Source: Antedon mediterranea (lineage: Eukaryota; Animalia; Echinodermata). Taken from it: a DNA stretch of 64,000 bases. Made by a program: the position numbers and the translations under genes. The notes beneath the pieces are model-generated. The model did not search any database. It was not told the origin of the DNA and was given only the letters and a program-made list of their open reading frames with translations. How positions within the stretch are numbered: the first letter of the stretch is position 1; every line of letters begins with the position of its first letter. Below, one piece after another: positions 25,411 through 39,615 of the stretch. Location: the NCBI RefSeq assembly GCF_964355755.1, contig NC_092675.1, positions 7,249,812-7,313,811 on the forward strand, given 5' to 3'.

Positions 25411-26713
25411 TAATGAGCAAATGCGACGTTGTATAACGTAACTTACTGTAAACAGTACATATTAAAATCATGGAGGAATATTATTTATATTCAATTAACT
25501 CCTACATCGACGATTGTTGTTATTTGGATAGCCAACGGCAATGTATGTTTAGGTATACAGTATAAATCTATATTTCGTGTACTAAAAAGGCCGGCTAAAT
25601 AAATAATGTCGGCTTACAAACGCCGCAACTTTCTCCTTTCCAGCAAAGCCACGAATTCCGTTGTGCAAAACATGCGTATGTGAACGCAGCGCCCGAAAAT
25701 CGTAACTAGCACGGATTTTTCTGCGGCCACCGAACCGAATCCGGGCTTGGTGTGAACGTAGTTTAATGATGACAAATTAATTTAACTTCAAAAAACTGTG
25801 CACTATTTATACCATTGTTCTCTGTAAAAGTGTGTCGACTTTTAAATAATGATAACCATGACAACTAAACAGGGAATTCGGCGCAATGATGTCATCACGA
25901 CAACAATACCGGTACAAAATAATCAATGTATTCATCATACTATTAACGCAAACATGTAAACCCTTACATTAAATTGATCTCAGGTAAATGTACTAAATAT
26001 ATTAATTATTCATTAAAATATGCATATGTCTACAGTCAGCATTTTAATTCAACACAATGAACTGAAGTAACCCCTATAATCATTTCTAGTCATTTCTGAT
26101 AGTTCGATAGACTTTAGCATAATGATGATCAATGATGTACATAATTGTGCGATCATTTACTTTTCAATTTTCTCATCTTATAATATTTCTAAATTACTAA
26201 AGTCAGTATTGATTGACAATGCACCCATTGATCTATCTATTATTTGAATAATAGCTCGAAGTATGGCTGTGTTTTTATTTATTTATTATAGCCTAAGCCA
26301 TATGGTTTCCAACACAGCAATAATTAACATTAGTCAGTTTAGTCATTGATAAACCAATAGAAATATTAGTGAAAATGTTGATCTGTATCACTTAAATTAT
26401 ATTAAGAGTTCTTTTTTGATGATCCAATATAAATAACTGTATAAAAACATGACCTACTGTTGTTGATAATAAACCAAAACGATTAGTAGAACGTATTTCG
26501 TAAATTTTAGTACTGATCGATTAACTGCTAATACATTATATTGTCTATATGTCACGTACAATTTTTGCAAAACCAGTAACGTTTCCTCAGTTTCGAAATG
26601 TTTATTTTATCCGGAATTATCATTCACTGCGTCGGTTATACTTAGTTCCCACTATGACGCAACACGTATCCGAATCTGTCTCTTGTGATTGGTGGATATA
26701 ATTACCTGCGTTG

Positions 26714-29700
26714 TAGTAGAGGAGTTAACGCCATAAAAATAGCCAAGTTGTGCACTTTATTACCAAAGCATGAAACTTTCCACAAAGTTTCTTTGATGTA
26801 TATAGATTCAAAATATCGGGGGGGGGGGGGGTGCCAAGTGTCCAACGTCCGGTATGGCGGCCATCTTGATTTCAAAATGGCCACCATAAAAACAGAAAAT
26901 GTTCATATCTTGGCAACTATAAACAGTAGAGACTTGATTCTGGTGTTAAATTGTTCACAAACCACATATTTCTATTTGCTCTAATGAAAAGTTTCGTCCA
27001 AAAATGACCGGAAATGACGTTTCTTCCAGTTTGACCTTTGACCTCTTATCTGTATATCTCAGTAACTACTGATCATTTTCAATCGATTTTGGTGTCATTT
27101 TGTTCAGAATAGAGACATTTATATTTGTAGTAATGAAACATTTTCACATAAAGTTACTGGAAATACAATTTATAACCTTTGACATATATAATTATGTGAA
27201 CATACTGTATGTGGTTTAATTGGTATAAATGCACCTAATTTTTTTACCGAAATAAATGACACAGAATTATTATTCTGAATTTTTAACTTTTGATGTGATA
27301 GGATAGGTATAAAGTATGACAGATCACTGAGCTCATCTATGCCGACATGTTTGCTAAACTGTGATGTGTCAATCGTTTTTTCGTTGCATCTAAAAAAATG
27401 TAGGCCTACTCCATTTTTATGGTAATGGACCTTTGCTGTACTGTAAACCTTTCATCTGAATCCTTTTCCTCGATTTTCTCTAGTCATTGATTTTTTAGCA
27501 AAATCCGAACTAAATCAATTCGTAAAAGACATCTCAATATAATTATTCAAGTAATCCTCAAATTAGTGACATGGACCTACAATATACTGTTCTGTACAAG
27601 ACCTGTTTAGACATCCACCTGTGGGCTTTCACTTTAAAAGTATTGGTTTGCTAATCATACAAGAAACAATGTCTAATTTAATCAATCAAAGTAGTGGGTT
27701 CAGATAGATAAAGAAGGGGTTGTAAGACCATCCACATACAAAGAAGAGGGTATAAGACCACCCACAGACAAAAAAGGGGGTGTAAGACCATCCACAGACA
27801 AAGAAGGGGGTTTAAGACCATCCACACACAAAGAAGGAGGTATAAGACCATCCACAGACAAAGAAAGGGGTGTAAGGCCATCTACAGACAAAGAAGGGGA
27901 TGTAGGACCGTCCACAGACAAAGAAGGGGGTACAAGACCATCCACTGACAAAAAAAAGGGGTATAGGACCATCCACAGACAAAGAAGGGGGTGTAGAACC
28001 GTCCACAGACAAAAAAGGAGGTGTAGGACCATCGGACCATCCACAGACAAAGGGGGATGTAAGACCACCCACAGACAAAGAAAGGGTGTAAGACCATTCA
28101 CATACAAAGAAGGGATTATAAGACCATCTACAGACAAAGACAGGGGTGTAAGACCATCCACAGACAAAGAAGGGGGTGTAGAACCGTCCACAGACAAAAA
28201 AGGAGGTGTAGGACCATCGGACCATCCACAGACAAAGAAGGGGGATGTAAGACCACCCACAGACAAAGAAATGGTGTAAGACCATTCACATACAAAGAAG
28301 GGATTATAAGACCATCTACAGACAAAGACAGGGGTTTAATACCATCAACAGACAAAGAAAGGGGTGTAATACCATCAACAGACAAAGAAAGGGGTGTAAT
28401 ACCATCAACAGACACAGAAGGGGGTATAAGACCATCCACAGACATAGAAGGGGTATAAGACCGTCCACAGACAAAGAAAGGGGTGTAAGGCCATCCACAG
28501 ACAAAGAAGGGTGCATAAGACTATCCACAGACAAAGAAGGGGGTGTAGGACCATCCACAGAAAAAGAAGGGGGTGTAGGACCATCCACAGACAAAGAAGG
28601 GAGTGCAGGACCATCCACAGACAAAGAAGGGGTGTAAGACCATCTACAGACAACGAAATGGGTGTAAGACCATACACACATAAAGAAAGGGGTGTAATAA
28701 TACCATCAACAGACACAGAAGCGGGTATAAGACCATCCACAGACAAAGAATGGGGTATAAGACCATCTACAGACAAAGAAGGAGGGTTAGGACCATATTA
28801 ACCGAGGAAGCATACAAAAATAAGATGCAATCAAAATAGGCCTACCACTTGGAAAACAATAAATTGTAGAATAACTGTGAAATAATTGTTGAAATAGAAA
28901 GGGTTCTTTGTAAGGTCATTAATAATATATTGATATAAACACGATCATCATACTATTCATTTGACAATAAAATACAGTCTGTCTCGAAAAGAAGCTCATA
29001 CTATCACCTTTTCGAGGTTTTACGGTATTCAATAACATGTACAGTATGTTATTTCCTCTGTCAAACTATTAAAACTTTTAGCGAATCAGAAGGTGCCAAC
29101 ATCATTGAACTAATGGTACCACCAAGCACAATGTTTACCAATTTTATATACTATACAATTTAAGTCCATTAATCATTTAATATAATTACGCCTATCAGGT
29201 TAAAGTTCAAAATTAGGTGCACTTTAGACCAACAAAAACCACCTACAGTATATTCACATAATTAAAAATCAATAAATTAATGTCAAAGGTCATAAATTTT
29301 ATTTCCGGTCATTTTATGTGAAAATGTTTCATTACTACAAATATAAATGTATTTATTCTGAACAAAATGACACCAAAATCGATTGAAAATGACCAGTAGT
29401 TACAGAGATATACAAATACGAGGTCAAAGGTCAAACTGTAAGAAACGTCATTTCCGGTCATTTTTGGACGAAACTTTTCATTAGAGCAAATAGAAATATA
29501 TAGTTTGTGAACAATTTGAGACCAGAATTAAGTCTCTAATGTGTATAGTTGCCAAGACATGAACATTTTTTGTTTTTATGGTGGCCATTTTGAAATCAAG
29601 ATGGCCGCCATACCGGACGTTGGACACTTGGCACCCCCCGATATTTTGAATCTATATACATCAAAGAAACTTTGTGCCAAGTTTCATGCTTTGGTAATAA

Positions 29701-29733
29701 AATGCACAGCTCATGTCATTAACTGCTCTACTA
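26714..29733. mobile_element. Academ-like non-autonomous DNA transposon (3.0 kb, ~460-bp TIRs)
   Basis: Ends TAGTAGAGGAGTTAA / TTAACTGCTCTACTA; 3-bp TSD TTG (26711-26713, 29734-29736); 26714-27185 is the inverted copy of ~29280-29733 and includes GGCGGCCATCTTG; it is inserted in an old GTTCCCACT-family MITE. Confidence 0.8.
27705..28797. repeat. ~30-bp minisatellite (CCATCCACAGACAAAGAAGGGG(G)TGTAAGA), ~35 units, inside the Academ-like element
   Basis: Directly visible; source of the LSVDG / LCLWMV periodic ORFs. Confidence 0.97.
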
Positions 29734-29843
29734 TTGCGCCCGTACGTCCTTGCGAACGCGTTGCGTCTGAACTAGAGACGGTACTGTTTCTATGTAATGA
29801 CTAATAGCGTGCATCCATCGACTACTGGTATACGCAACACTAA

Positions 29844-30004
29844 AGCTCTGTCTACACTATCAAACTTTATGTGACAAAAAAAAATTCGATGTGCCCATAA
29901 TATGGATATGATAATGTCATATTACTACCATATTCTGGCATACCACTACCATATTTGGGCACAACACACATTTTTTTTGTCAAACTGATAATGTAGACAA
30001 AGCT
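29844..30004. mobile_element. Harbinger-like MITE family C (TIR AGCTCTGTCTACACTATCAAAC)
   Basis: TAA TSD at 29841-29843 and 30005-30007; four copies in the window. Confidence 0.8.
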
Positions 30005-31596
30005 TAAGGCGTTGTACTTTAACCACACTGCCTTTAATTATTCATTCATTTATTTATTTAGTCATCAATTTCAATTTCAATAAAATATAGGTCCTATTGT
30101 ACAAGAAAAAGTACAACGAATACGATTACATAAAGCAACTAGAATTGGGAGTTACAAACACTTAAAACAAAGTTTATAATGTTAGTGACGTCAGTAGTGG
30201 GTTAAACCCAAATGCGTCATTAAACCATCCTTATTTTGTGTTTTGTATATAATTCCATTTCGTGAACTTTGACCGGTAATAAAATCAACTACTTATCTGT
30301 AAATGTTTGATTGACAGTTAATAGACATGTACAAACCGATCAAAATAAAAACATTAAACGTACGGTAATTTAAATGTTGGTAGGCAAACCAATCAAATAT
30401 TTTCATGCTTGGTGATAGTCAATCTCTTCTCTTGTCGTTAAACGTTTTTCAAGGTGTATAATGATCCTTATCCAAAGTTTTATCGTGTAGGCCTAAGCCT
30501 ATATTTATTTGAAACGGCTTGGGAGAGTGAACTAATACTAAAATCGAATTATAGCCTAAATTATCTTTTTATAGATAAAAAACAAATACTATAGGCCTAC
30601 AAAATGTTATGGAAGTAAAATGCATAGGCGTACCCCCAGTTATAAAATACACGACACCGTAAAAAGGATTCAATATTTCTACATACATTATTACGTCATA
30701 ATCATCGGGATAGTTGATAAGTTGACTTTTCCGTTTTCAAACTAAATAATAGGCCTACATATCATTATGACGCAATCATAAATTAAATATTTCAACACTT
30801 TTAAGTGTCTTCATCAAATGCGTAAAATAACAGGTTAAATTAAGCCAATTAAGAAGCAAAAACTGTACTTATCATGATGTAATATTCAATACTATAATAA
30901 TTGTAAATGTATCGATAACATTTTCCGACCGACAGACCAGCCGACTGACTGTAAGTAACTCAATTTACTCGGGTTGTAAAAAAATAATTAACTTAAATGT
31001 TGACGCAGAGGAAACGAATTCCTTCATGATGTTAGCGAAGAATGTTTGATGAATGTGTTTACACTCCAATCATTGTTATTTGTAATTCCAGCCCAATTAT
31101 ACCAACATAATATTTCTAATACTGCACGGAATTTCTGTCAGTATCAATAAATCCATCAATATGATTATGGAGACGTTATTCTAGAGTTGAATTCACATGA
31201 GAAACATCACTTTGTATCTTTTACTGTTATTACTTATAGGCCTTTATTATAAGCCCAATTAAATACACGCAATTAAATTATTCTTCCTTTTTATACGACG
31301 TCTTGTCTGTGACGTCATGGTGAAATCAACCTGTATGTTATGGATAATAGAAATTCAGATTCACATTTGTAATAATGATATATATTGGCCAGATGTTTTC
31401 CCTACCGTAACAAATAATTTTGTACTTTATACCACGTACATTGAGAACTCGTTTAAGTAATTCTCTCGTGTGCTTGAACCCACGACCTCATCAATTAAAG
31501 CCTGGCGTCCATACCTAATAATATACAAATTGGCCATGTAAAAAGACCGTCCCGATAAAAGAAGTAGGACCGTTTTTTAACATGTTGAACTTATTA

Positions 31597-31861
31597 CACT
31601 GTAAAAATAGTGTTTAGATCCTAAACATGTAGTCTGTACCCAACTCAACACATCAGTGACGTGTTAAACATGTAGAGCAAGGGTTTAAACGTGTTTAATT
31701 TGACATGTGGAGCTCATGGTAATATCGTATATGCACGTGCAACGCTAAACACGTATCTAGACATGATGTCTGCTAATTGAGGGGAGGAACACAACATTGT
31801 AGCTATAAACACATTTAGGTTTTAAACATGTAACTACGTGTTTAAAAAGCTCCACACAGTG
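31597..31861. mobile_element. CACTG...CAGTG MITE (CACTA-like), 2-bp TSD
   Basis: TA at 31595-31596 and 31862-31863; homologous to 136-469. Confidence 0.65.
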
Positions 31862-33474
31862 TAGCGTTCGCAATCCATAGTCGCATTAGGATGAAATATA
31901 TTCATGCCACAGGATATTAATATTTTCAGACTTAGTTTTTCATCCTTTTAAACCGATGGCTCCAAAAAAAAGAAATTTGGATAACCATTTCCCATTATAA
32001 TTAGGCCTTGTATTGAAGAGCTTATCTTAATGCATAGCTTCATAGTATTAATTGAAAAAGACTACCAATGAGTATTTACTGTCATAACTTATGGGTCTTC
32101 TTAAGCTGACACTGGTTGCTATAATAACGTGAAAGGCATCGGTTGTAACTGTGCAAATTGTAAACAGAACGTGATTTCTAAGACAGTTTGATTAATAGAA
32201 TAATCGGTATCGAACAGATTAAAACATTAAATCACTGAAGATAATAAATACAAACTAAGTATTGCCGATATTATCAGTGACCAGGAAGGAACGAATTAAT
32301 TGACGCGCGCGTCTAAATAATGGAAGGTTTGTGTATAATGTAAAATACTAATTGTTCGTGTTTTATTTTTAGGCTAAAGGTTGGGTTAGTTAAGGTTTTT
32401 TCACGTTGGTAAACTTTTTTAACCAATTTAAAATTGTTACATTGTTTGTGTTTGACATTTAATTTTAAAAACGGGTTTATTCAATTTGAACAGAACGTGA
32501 TTTAAAATGGGTGGTTTTATTATCGCATGATTTTTTGTACGTGCGCGCTTTAACTAATTTTGATATAACCCATGGTTCATGATGTTAATTATACGTGTGT
32601 TTAAATCATTAAACAAATTTAATACGTTACGGAAATTTTAATGTAAATTGATGCAGTCTAGATAAACATCCAATAATAATAATAATATTTCAATATCATG
32701 TACGTGCATTGCAACGTTCATTCCTATAGGAAATATTTATTTATATTTCAAAATATCATTCTTCTTGTTATTTAATTTGCAATTAAAGTTTGAAGTAACA
32801 TGATTGTTTACCATCATCATAAACAGGAAATACAAAGGTTTTTGCTTTTAGTATTGTCTTGTTTTTGTATTGTCCAAGAACCATCGTATTGTGAAATTAA
32901 GTGCTAATGTCCTATCTTTTCCTGCACTGCTGCAACAAAGTAAAACACGAATTTAATTACCTTGAAATGCCATAGATTTCAAAATACATATAATAAATTG
33001 TAATAATATTGTAGAATAAAATGTAATAGATCACACGCCCACATACAATATCTCATCAGTTAACTACCAAAATAGACATTAATTCTTTTTATTAATATCA
33101 TAACCTAAACAGCTGTTTTTAAAAGTGTCTTTTTCCAAGAGCCATCCAAACGTAGGCGTGTAATTACCTTCTTTGTCTTTGCATCGGTGAGTTATTTATC
33201 CTAAAGATAACTTTAATTAAGATATTGTTTATAAGATAACATTATATAGGCCATGAAAAAGTAAGATATGTAATTATTTTTTGAATTAGCGTAGCACATC
33301 ATATCTTAAGGTTCATATTCCGAATATAATGAAAAAACACAGGTGGTAAGCGCGAAACGCAAGTAATTTTACCCATCACTTGCGTCGTGATTGGTTTTGC
33401 GCTCACGGCCTTGCTTTGCGCTATGTCCTTGCGTTGTGTTAATGGGAATTAAGTTCCCATAGGATGCAATGTAA

Positions 33475-33707
33475 AGCGTGGATCCCACTAGAACGCAACG
33501 TAACGACGTATTGGCGCAAAGTGCTGTATTGCAACCTACGCAACGTAAAAAAATGTCCTTCCAATAATGTTGTTTTCCCCGCCTGTGCGTGAAATCAAAC
33601 CTGCGATGTTTGCAGCACTGTGGCGTCGTCGGTTCCCACTTGTGATTACGTAATACAGCAATTTGCGTCAATACGTCGCTGCGTTGCGTGCTGGTGAGCA
33701 CCGCGCT
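33475..33707. mobile_element. Family-B Harbinger-like MITE
   Basis: TAA TSD at 33472-33474 and 33708-33710; family-B body. Confidence 0.85.
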
Positions 33708-34314
33708 TAATGAGCAAACATGTAAGTAAGTGTTTGCGCTGTGTGCTATAAACTAAAGGTTAAGAGTTTTGTTAGTTTAGATACTAGAGGCCATTTGCAA
33801 AAGGTACCTGAATGTGCCATCCTATACATATCTCGCTTTGTCAGTTCATGGGGTAGAATATAGAGTACGCTGATTTTGGAATGGACGTACGTGCACATCG
33901 AGGGGTGGTGGAATAGAGGAACATGTTAACAGGAGTACATACGGTGCATGGTTCAATAATTGAATTGAATTTAATGAATTTAGTGCAAACTATGAAACGC
34001 TTTCTGTTTGTATATTAAATCTTCCTGCTTGAATGATCGCTGACATCAACTTAGAATATATTGATCTATAAACGAACGAAGTATTATAAATACGAGAATT
34101 ATTAATTTAAACAAAATTGGTAATGAAGACTTTTCGGAACATTAACTCCTCGGCGTGACGAACTTCATTAATTACGTTATAGATCGTTAATAGGTACGGT
34201 GCAATGGCATTACATAGTCGCCAAATTCGTAAAATGAGCATGCGCATAGGTCCGCTGGGATGTAATTTTGTACAGAGAATAATATTGTACCTATAAATAA
34301 TGGTGTGCACTTAA

Positions 34315-34700
34315 AGATGTATAGTCCCCCAAGAACATGAAAAATAAAGATTAATAAAATTAGACTTTGAATGGATTATTCTTTTTCATAAAGTTATCAC
34401 TTAAAAAAAGTAATCTAAAAAAAACCCGGAAAAATATAATGTTTTCACTTTTAAATACAAAATAAATGGTTACATTCAAACAAGAACCCATTGGCTAGCA
34501 GACAATTTGACTATTTTTTGTTTTTAAATACAATTTTGTACGTAAATATATTTTTTATCCAAAAAAAGAGTTATTTTTTATTCTCTTGAATTGGATTCAG
34601 GCGGCATGAAATTCAGACCTACTGCCGGATTGTAATGATGTTTGGCATAATATTTAATTGACATTTCAAAAAACTTGTTAACCATAAATGAACGTTAAAT
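34315..34700. mobile_element. Kolobok-like MITE, right end lost
   Basis: TTAA followed by AGATGTATAGTCCCCC; colinear with 47092-47370. Confidence 0.6.
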
Positions 34701-37700
34701 GGTAAATGATGGAATTACGAGTGAGTAGGCCTATATACGGGCATGGCCAGGAGGATATCCCAACTTTCTTCACGATAAAATATTTCAATTAAAAGTTAAA
34801 AGACGATACACGTTAACCTCGTGGATTTACTCTTAATCAAACCTAACGTATACAACTACTGATATCGTATAAATGCACCTGAGGCTAGAATTTAATCAAC
34901 TAAACTCAACTGAAATGAAGTGTGGTAAATAATACGCTGTGCAAACAGTGCGATTTTAGAAGATTAACCACGCCATCAACTAATCCCAGATCACAATCAT
35001 AACAATTTTTTCTTGCCAATATTGATTGAAGATTTTTTCTAGAACTAATTCTAATGAAAACAATAATCCTCAATACTAGACCTTTCCTAACTGTTATTGT
35101 GAAAAAATGATTGATTCGTCAACGAATAAAGTAGTAAAGTTCTCACTGACTTTTCCACTAATTGTGTTCGGCTTGATCGCGAGAAAATATAGGCCCTACA
35201 TGTTCTTGGAGGGGACTTGAATCCACAACCTCCGAGAGGCTTTTAACACCTTCCTATAACTTTAGGCCTACCAACGTTATTGTTAGAAAGCTGTAGACGT
35301 GGTACAACGATATAATATAGGACGTAACGTATGCATGATCTCATCTATGTTGGTATCTCAATGAACATAAGGTGGTGCTGGCAACTGCCCTATACCCTCA
35401 ACACAACCATTATCGATAGATAAAGGTCTGTCTGAAAATATCCTGTAAGTGGAAATGAGACACAAACAATGGTCCTACTTGAAACCATTCAGACGCGTCT
35501 TTAGGGAAAAGTGAACCTTGTTCTTCTGAAACGATTTACATAACAAAAACATCAACCTGTGTGTATTTAGTACTGCTTAGAAACTTAGTTCCTACTTAAC
35601 GACAACACTGACAGTCAACGTCGTCCTATTTAGATAACAATCATGTTTAATTATGGTAGCGCCTACTGTTTGTGTGTGTAGGCCACCTTCTTATTGTAAA
35701 ATCAGCTTAGACATCCCTTATAGTACCACATCTCTCTTTCTGTTTCTAGTGTGAGTAATTAACCCATTAAACAGGTGAATATATTGCCTATAACATTTTC
35801 TTGACAGAGAGAAACGTAGCAACTGTGTTTTATAAAATGAAGAACAAAAACGGTGTTGTTTGTATACAAATAGGCCTATTATTCAAATGAAATAAAATTA
35901 CTGGCGGAAAAAGTAGGACCGCTACATTAGGAATGAGAAACACACAATTGAATTGAATTGATGTTTTGAATCCACGCAGTTTCCGGATAGATTTTTTTAA
36001 ACAAATTAAACCACTTAATTGCATAAAATTCTCAAAGAAGCAACTACATTTGTTTTTAATGCTACCAAATATCTTCATAATGTATAGGCTAATATATCTT
36101 TCTCATATAAACAACTAAAAAAAAACACAATGTTGTTATAATGGACGGCGACATCAAAATTCAAAGCAACAGAAAAAAGTGGAAAAATTAAATTTTATAA
36201 TTCTCGGAAAAAATAATACTAATACGATGGATAATAACCTAGTCCTGTAAAATTGTATAATATGGCCTCGACATGTTTTATTAATAAATTCCTGATGCAT
36301 GAAATAAACAAATTAAAATTAAGGCAGTGAAGGAAATTATACTCCAGGGACCTCTTGAATAATTCCCCACAGGCTTACCAGCTATATAGCCAATATTACA
36401 TTATTAATCCGCTGGTCAAAAAAATCAATCAATTTTCAAAGAGACATTACGTGTATTATTATACCTCCTTTTAGTATGTGTAATTTCATGTACCACTGAT
36501 TTTACAACCACTTTTGTTGTTTATCAATCAATAAGTAGTCTGAGGTGGCAAATCTTGTTAACAGAATATAGTTTATTAATTCAAATGGTTGTGTCTTTCT
36601 TCTACCTTTAACAATTCTGAATCAGCATCCATGCGAAGCTTAGGCCTACATTTTCGAGAGTTTTATCTTCCGTGAAAAGAAATGTTTTTCAAACTGAAAA
36701 TACCACGACAAAATTACTTTCATGAGGTTTCATAGTGGTAGGCCTACGGGTGGTCCAGCATCCAAAATGTTTCGCTTCGCTCGCGTACCATCTAGGTCGT
36801 GCCCACAGATGGTTCTCGAATACACATATTATTTTCAGCGTAAACAAACTGGCGATTTAAATATTGCAGAATAGGTATAGCCGGTCTAAATACATGTCGT
36901 TTACAGGAACGAATACATATACAGTACACGGTGATTCGTATGTAGTCCTCTAAATCACCCTGGGAATAACTTCAGAAACTTGGCACAAAATGAGTCCAAA
37001 TTGAGTCAAATTTAAACAAACCCAATTTGTTTTTTGTATGTAACATTAGGGTTGAGGGATGAGGAAGAGGAACAAAAACAAATATATTCTTTCGTCCACT
37101 CAGTTTTGGAATATTTGTTTTCATGTTTTATAAATAACATACCACTAATAAAACATTTGCGATTTAATACTTTTTTTAAACTGTCACTGTCATAGTCGAT
37201 TGAAATAATAAAGTAGCCTACATGATGTAACGATACACCACTACGACGTTTCTACTTTTGTGTAATTATTAAGTAATACAAACGTTGAGAAACAACTGCC
37301 AGTAATAAATTGTATTTGTATGTGTTTATATATCTAACAGTACCCACACCCACAGTAAAACAAATTGCGCTTTAAATGACGACCAAAAATGGTTAATGTA
37401 TTTAATCTAAAGGTTTTAAGTGTATCCCAAAGGGCCCATAAATCTACCTCATTGTGTTATACAAAATGATTATAACTGGGAGACTGAGATAAGCAATACG
37501 TTTGTATTATTAAATCTATCAAAATAGTATTTGTTAATGAAAATCGGTTTGTCTTCAACATTATGATGCCGGACTTAAGCTGTTTGACCGGTTTTCAGCT
37601 ATTAAAAACAATTACCGTAGAATGAGATAGGTAAATGCGAAGCATTATCGAATGTGTGCGGGTATTTTGTAGCATCGATCGGAAAACATCCCTATTTGGA

Positions 37701-39443
37701 GCAAATCATTGAACCTAAATTCGTTTTAATCGTCAATAACTAGGAACGGGAGATAAGCTAATAGATTATATTTACACTTTTGCAGCATTTACTATTTATA
37801 GAATAAAAATGTTATCTGCACTAAATAAGCCAGTGGGTAAATCTTTATGGAATTCATTTAAAAGCAATATGTTATATAACATTGAATGTGAAACATATAA
37901 CAATAAAGAAACAAGTATAGAAAAATGGGTAGCTTTAAGAAATAAGATTATGATAATATAATTTCTAATTTGATACGATTAACTGAAAAAGAATTACAGT
38001 GATACGGGTTACTGGTGGTACTGAGCTATTATTGTTTTTTTTATCATGTATATAAATATATTGTATAATCCGGGTTGTAAAATGAAAACAAACAAATGAA
38101 AATGTGTGAACTATTTTAAAACGGGATAGATGATAATGATGATCCTGTCAAGTGTATAACAAAATATAAGAAAATTAATGAAAAAAGGAGTAATACAGAA
38201 TTCATATATGTAAAAATGTTACTTATGAACTGTAACGACATTTACAAGTTAAATAATACGATTTTATGTAATATGAGATAATATGAATGTGAATAAAAGT
38301 GGTGTTTGCGCCACAAAAGAGAAAAAAAAATCGTCAATAACTAATCATCTAACTCAACTCAATTAGTAAATAGGGTTACGTTAGGTGGTTAAAATCAGTA
38401 CCGAACGTATGAACCAACTTTATATACCATCGAGTAAATTCTAGAAGTGACGCGCGATTTACCGAATTTTGCCTTTACGTAGGCCTAAATTTAGATATAG
38501 ATAAATAGTTATGTAGACGAGTTGTTATCATCTGGAGTGGTATCTAATGATAATCTCTACATTATGTGTAGAGTCTTTGAAATTAAAAGTCCCTGTGGCT
38601 GGTGATTCTGTATTCATTTTCACAGTATGTCATTTATGTGTACAAATCTGAGCTAGGAAGATTTGATACATCAACATTTGTACATAGCGCCCTCTGATTT
38701 CAGAACATCAGCTAACGTATGTTTACGTGTATGGTAATTAGACAATTTTGTAAAGTCAAATTATTAATTGAAAATTGAATGAACTTTATATATAGTGCAT
38801 TGGAACCTTAAGAAACAGCAAAAAAATAATCATAAATATTAGGCCTACATAATTTGTTTAATTTCATATATATACATATTTTGTTTTAATTTCAGATTTC
38901 AATCAAGTATTTGTCTGCGTTTTAACGTCACTAAGGATGCAAGCAAACGGTAATCTAATTCCATTAATTAAAATTACAAGTTACTAATATTTATATTTTT
39001 ATAATACAAGTTATACATGATCATAAGCGCTCATAGCCGTTACGCCACTGAATATATTACACAAACCTATACATGCATAAACAACACTGAGTGCTTATTA
39101 TCTCGAACGAAGAAGCGCGTATGACTGTAAATAAGCTTCTCGCGTCTTCATTGTACAATTAAAACTTATTATTGTTATTGTTCATGACACATTTTGAAGA
39201 CTGACGAATGTACCAGTATCAAACTGTATTGTTTTGATAATCCAATTTAAATTAGGGAATTCAGTTTTAGTTATCATTATGAATCAGATCATAGATGATT
39301 ATAATGTTACGATTAACGAACAAAAGAATTAAAAACCATCATGTTATGATGATCAATAAACAATTCAATTTGATACAATACCACCGTAAATTATCCAAAG
39401 CATTTTGTGGGCGGCGACTGAAATTCAGCTTTTCAGTGTCTAA

Positions 39444-39615
39444 AGCTCTTTTCTATACCATCAAACTTATAACAAAGAATGTGACAACAAATAAGATGTG
39501 CATAAATATATGAGCATGATGATGTCATATCACTACCATATTTGTGCATATCATTACCATATTTGGACACATCACATTTTATTTGTAAAACTAGTCTAAT
39601 AGTGTATACAGAGCT
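39444..39615. mobile_element. Family-C Harbinger-like MITE
   Basis: AGCTCTTTTCTATAC ... GTGTATACAGAGCT; GATGTCATATCACTACCATATTT core. Confidence 0.75.

Noticed and set aside
27678-28801. Overlapping hydrophobic ORFs or a CRISPR array
   Set aside because: This is a 30-bp minisatellite with variable G-run frameshifts and no spacers.
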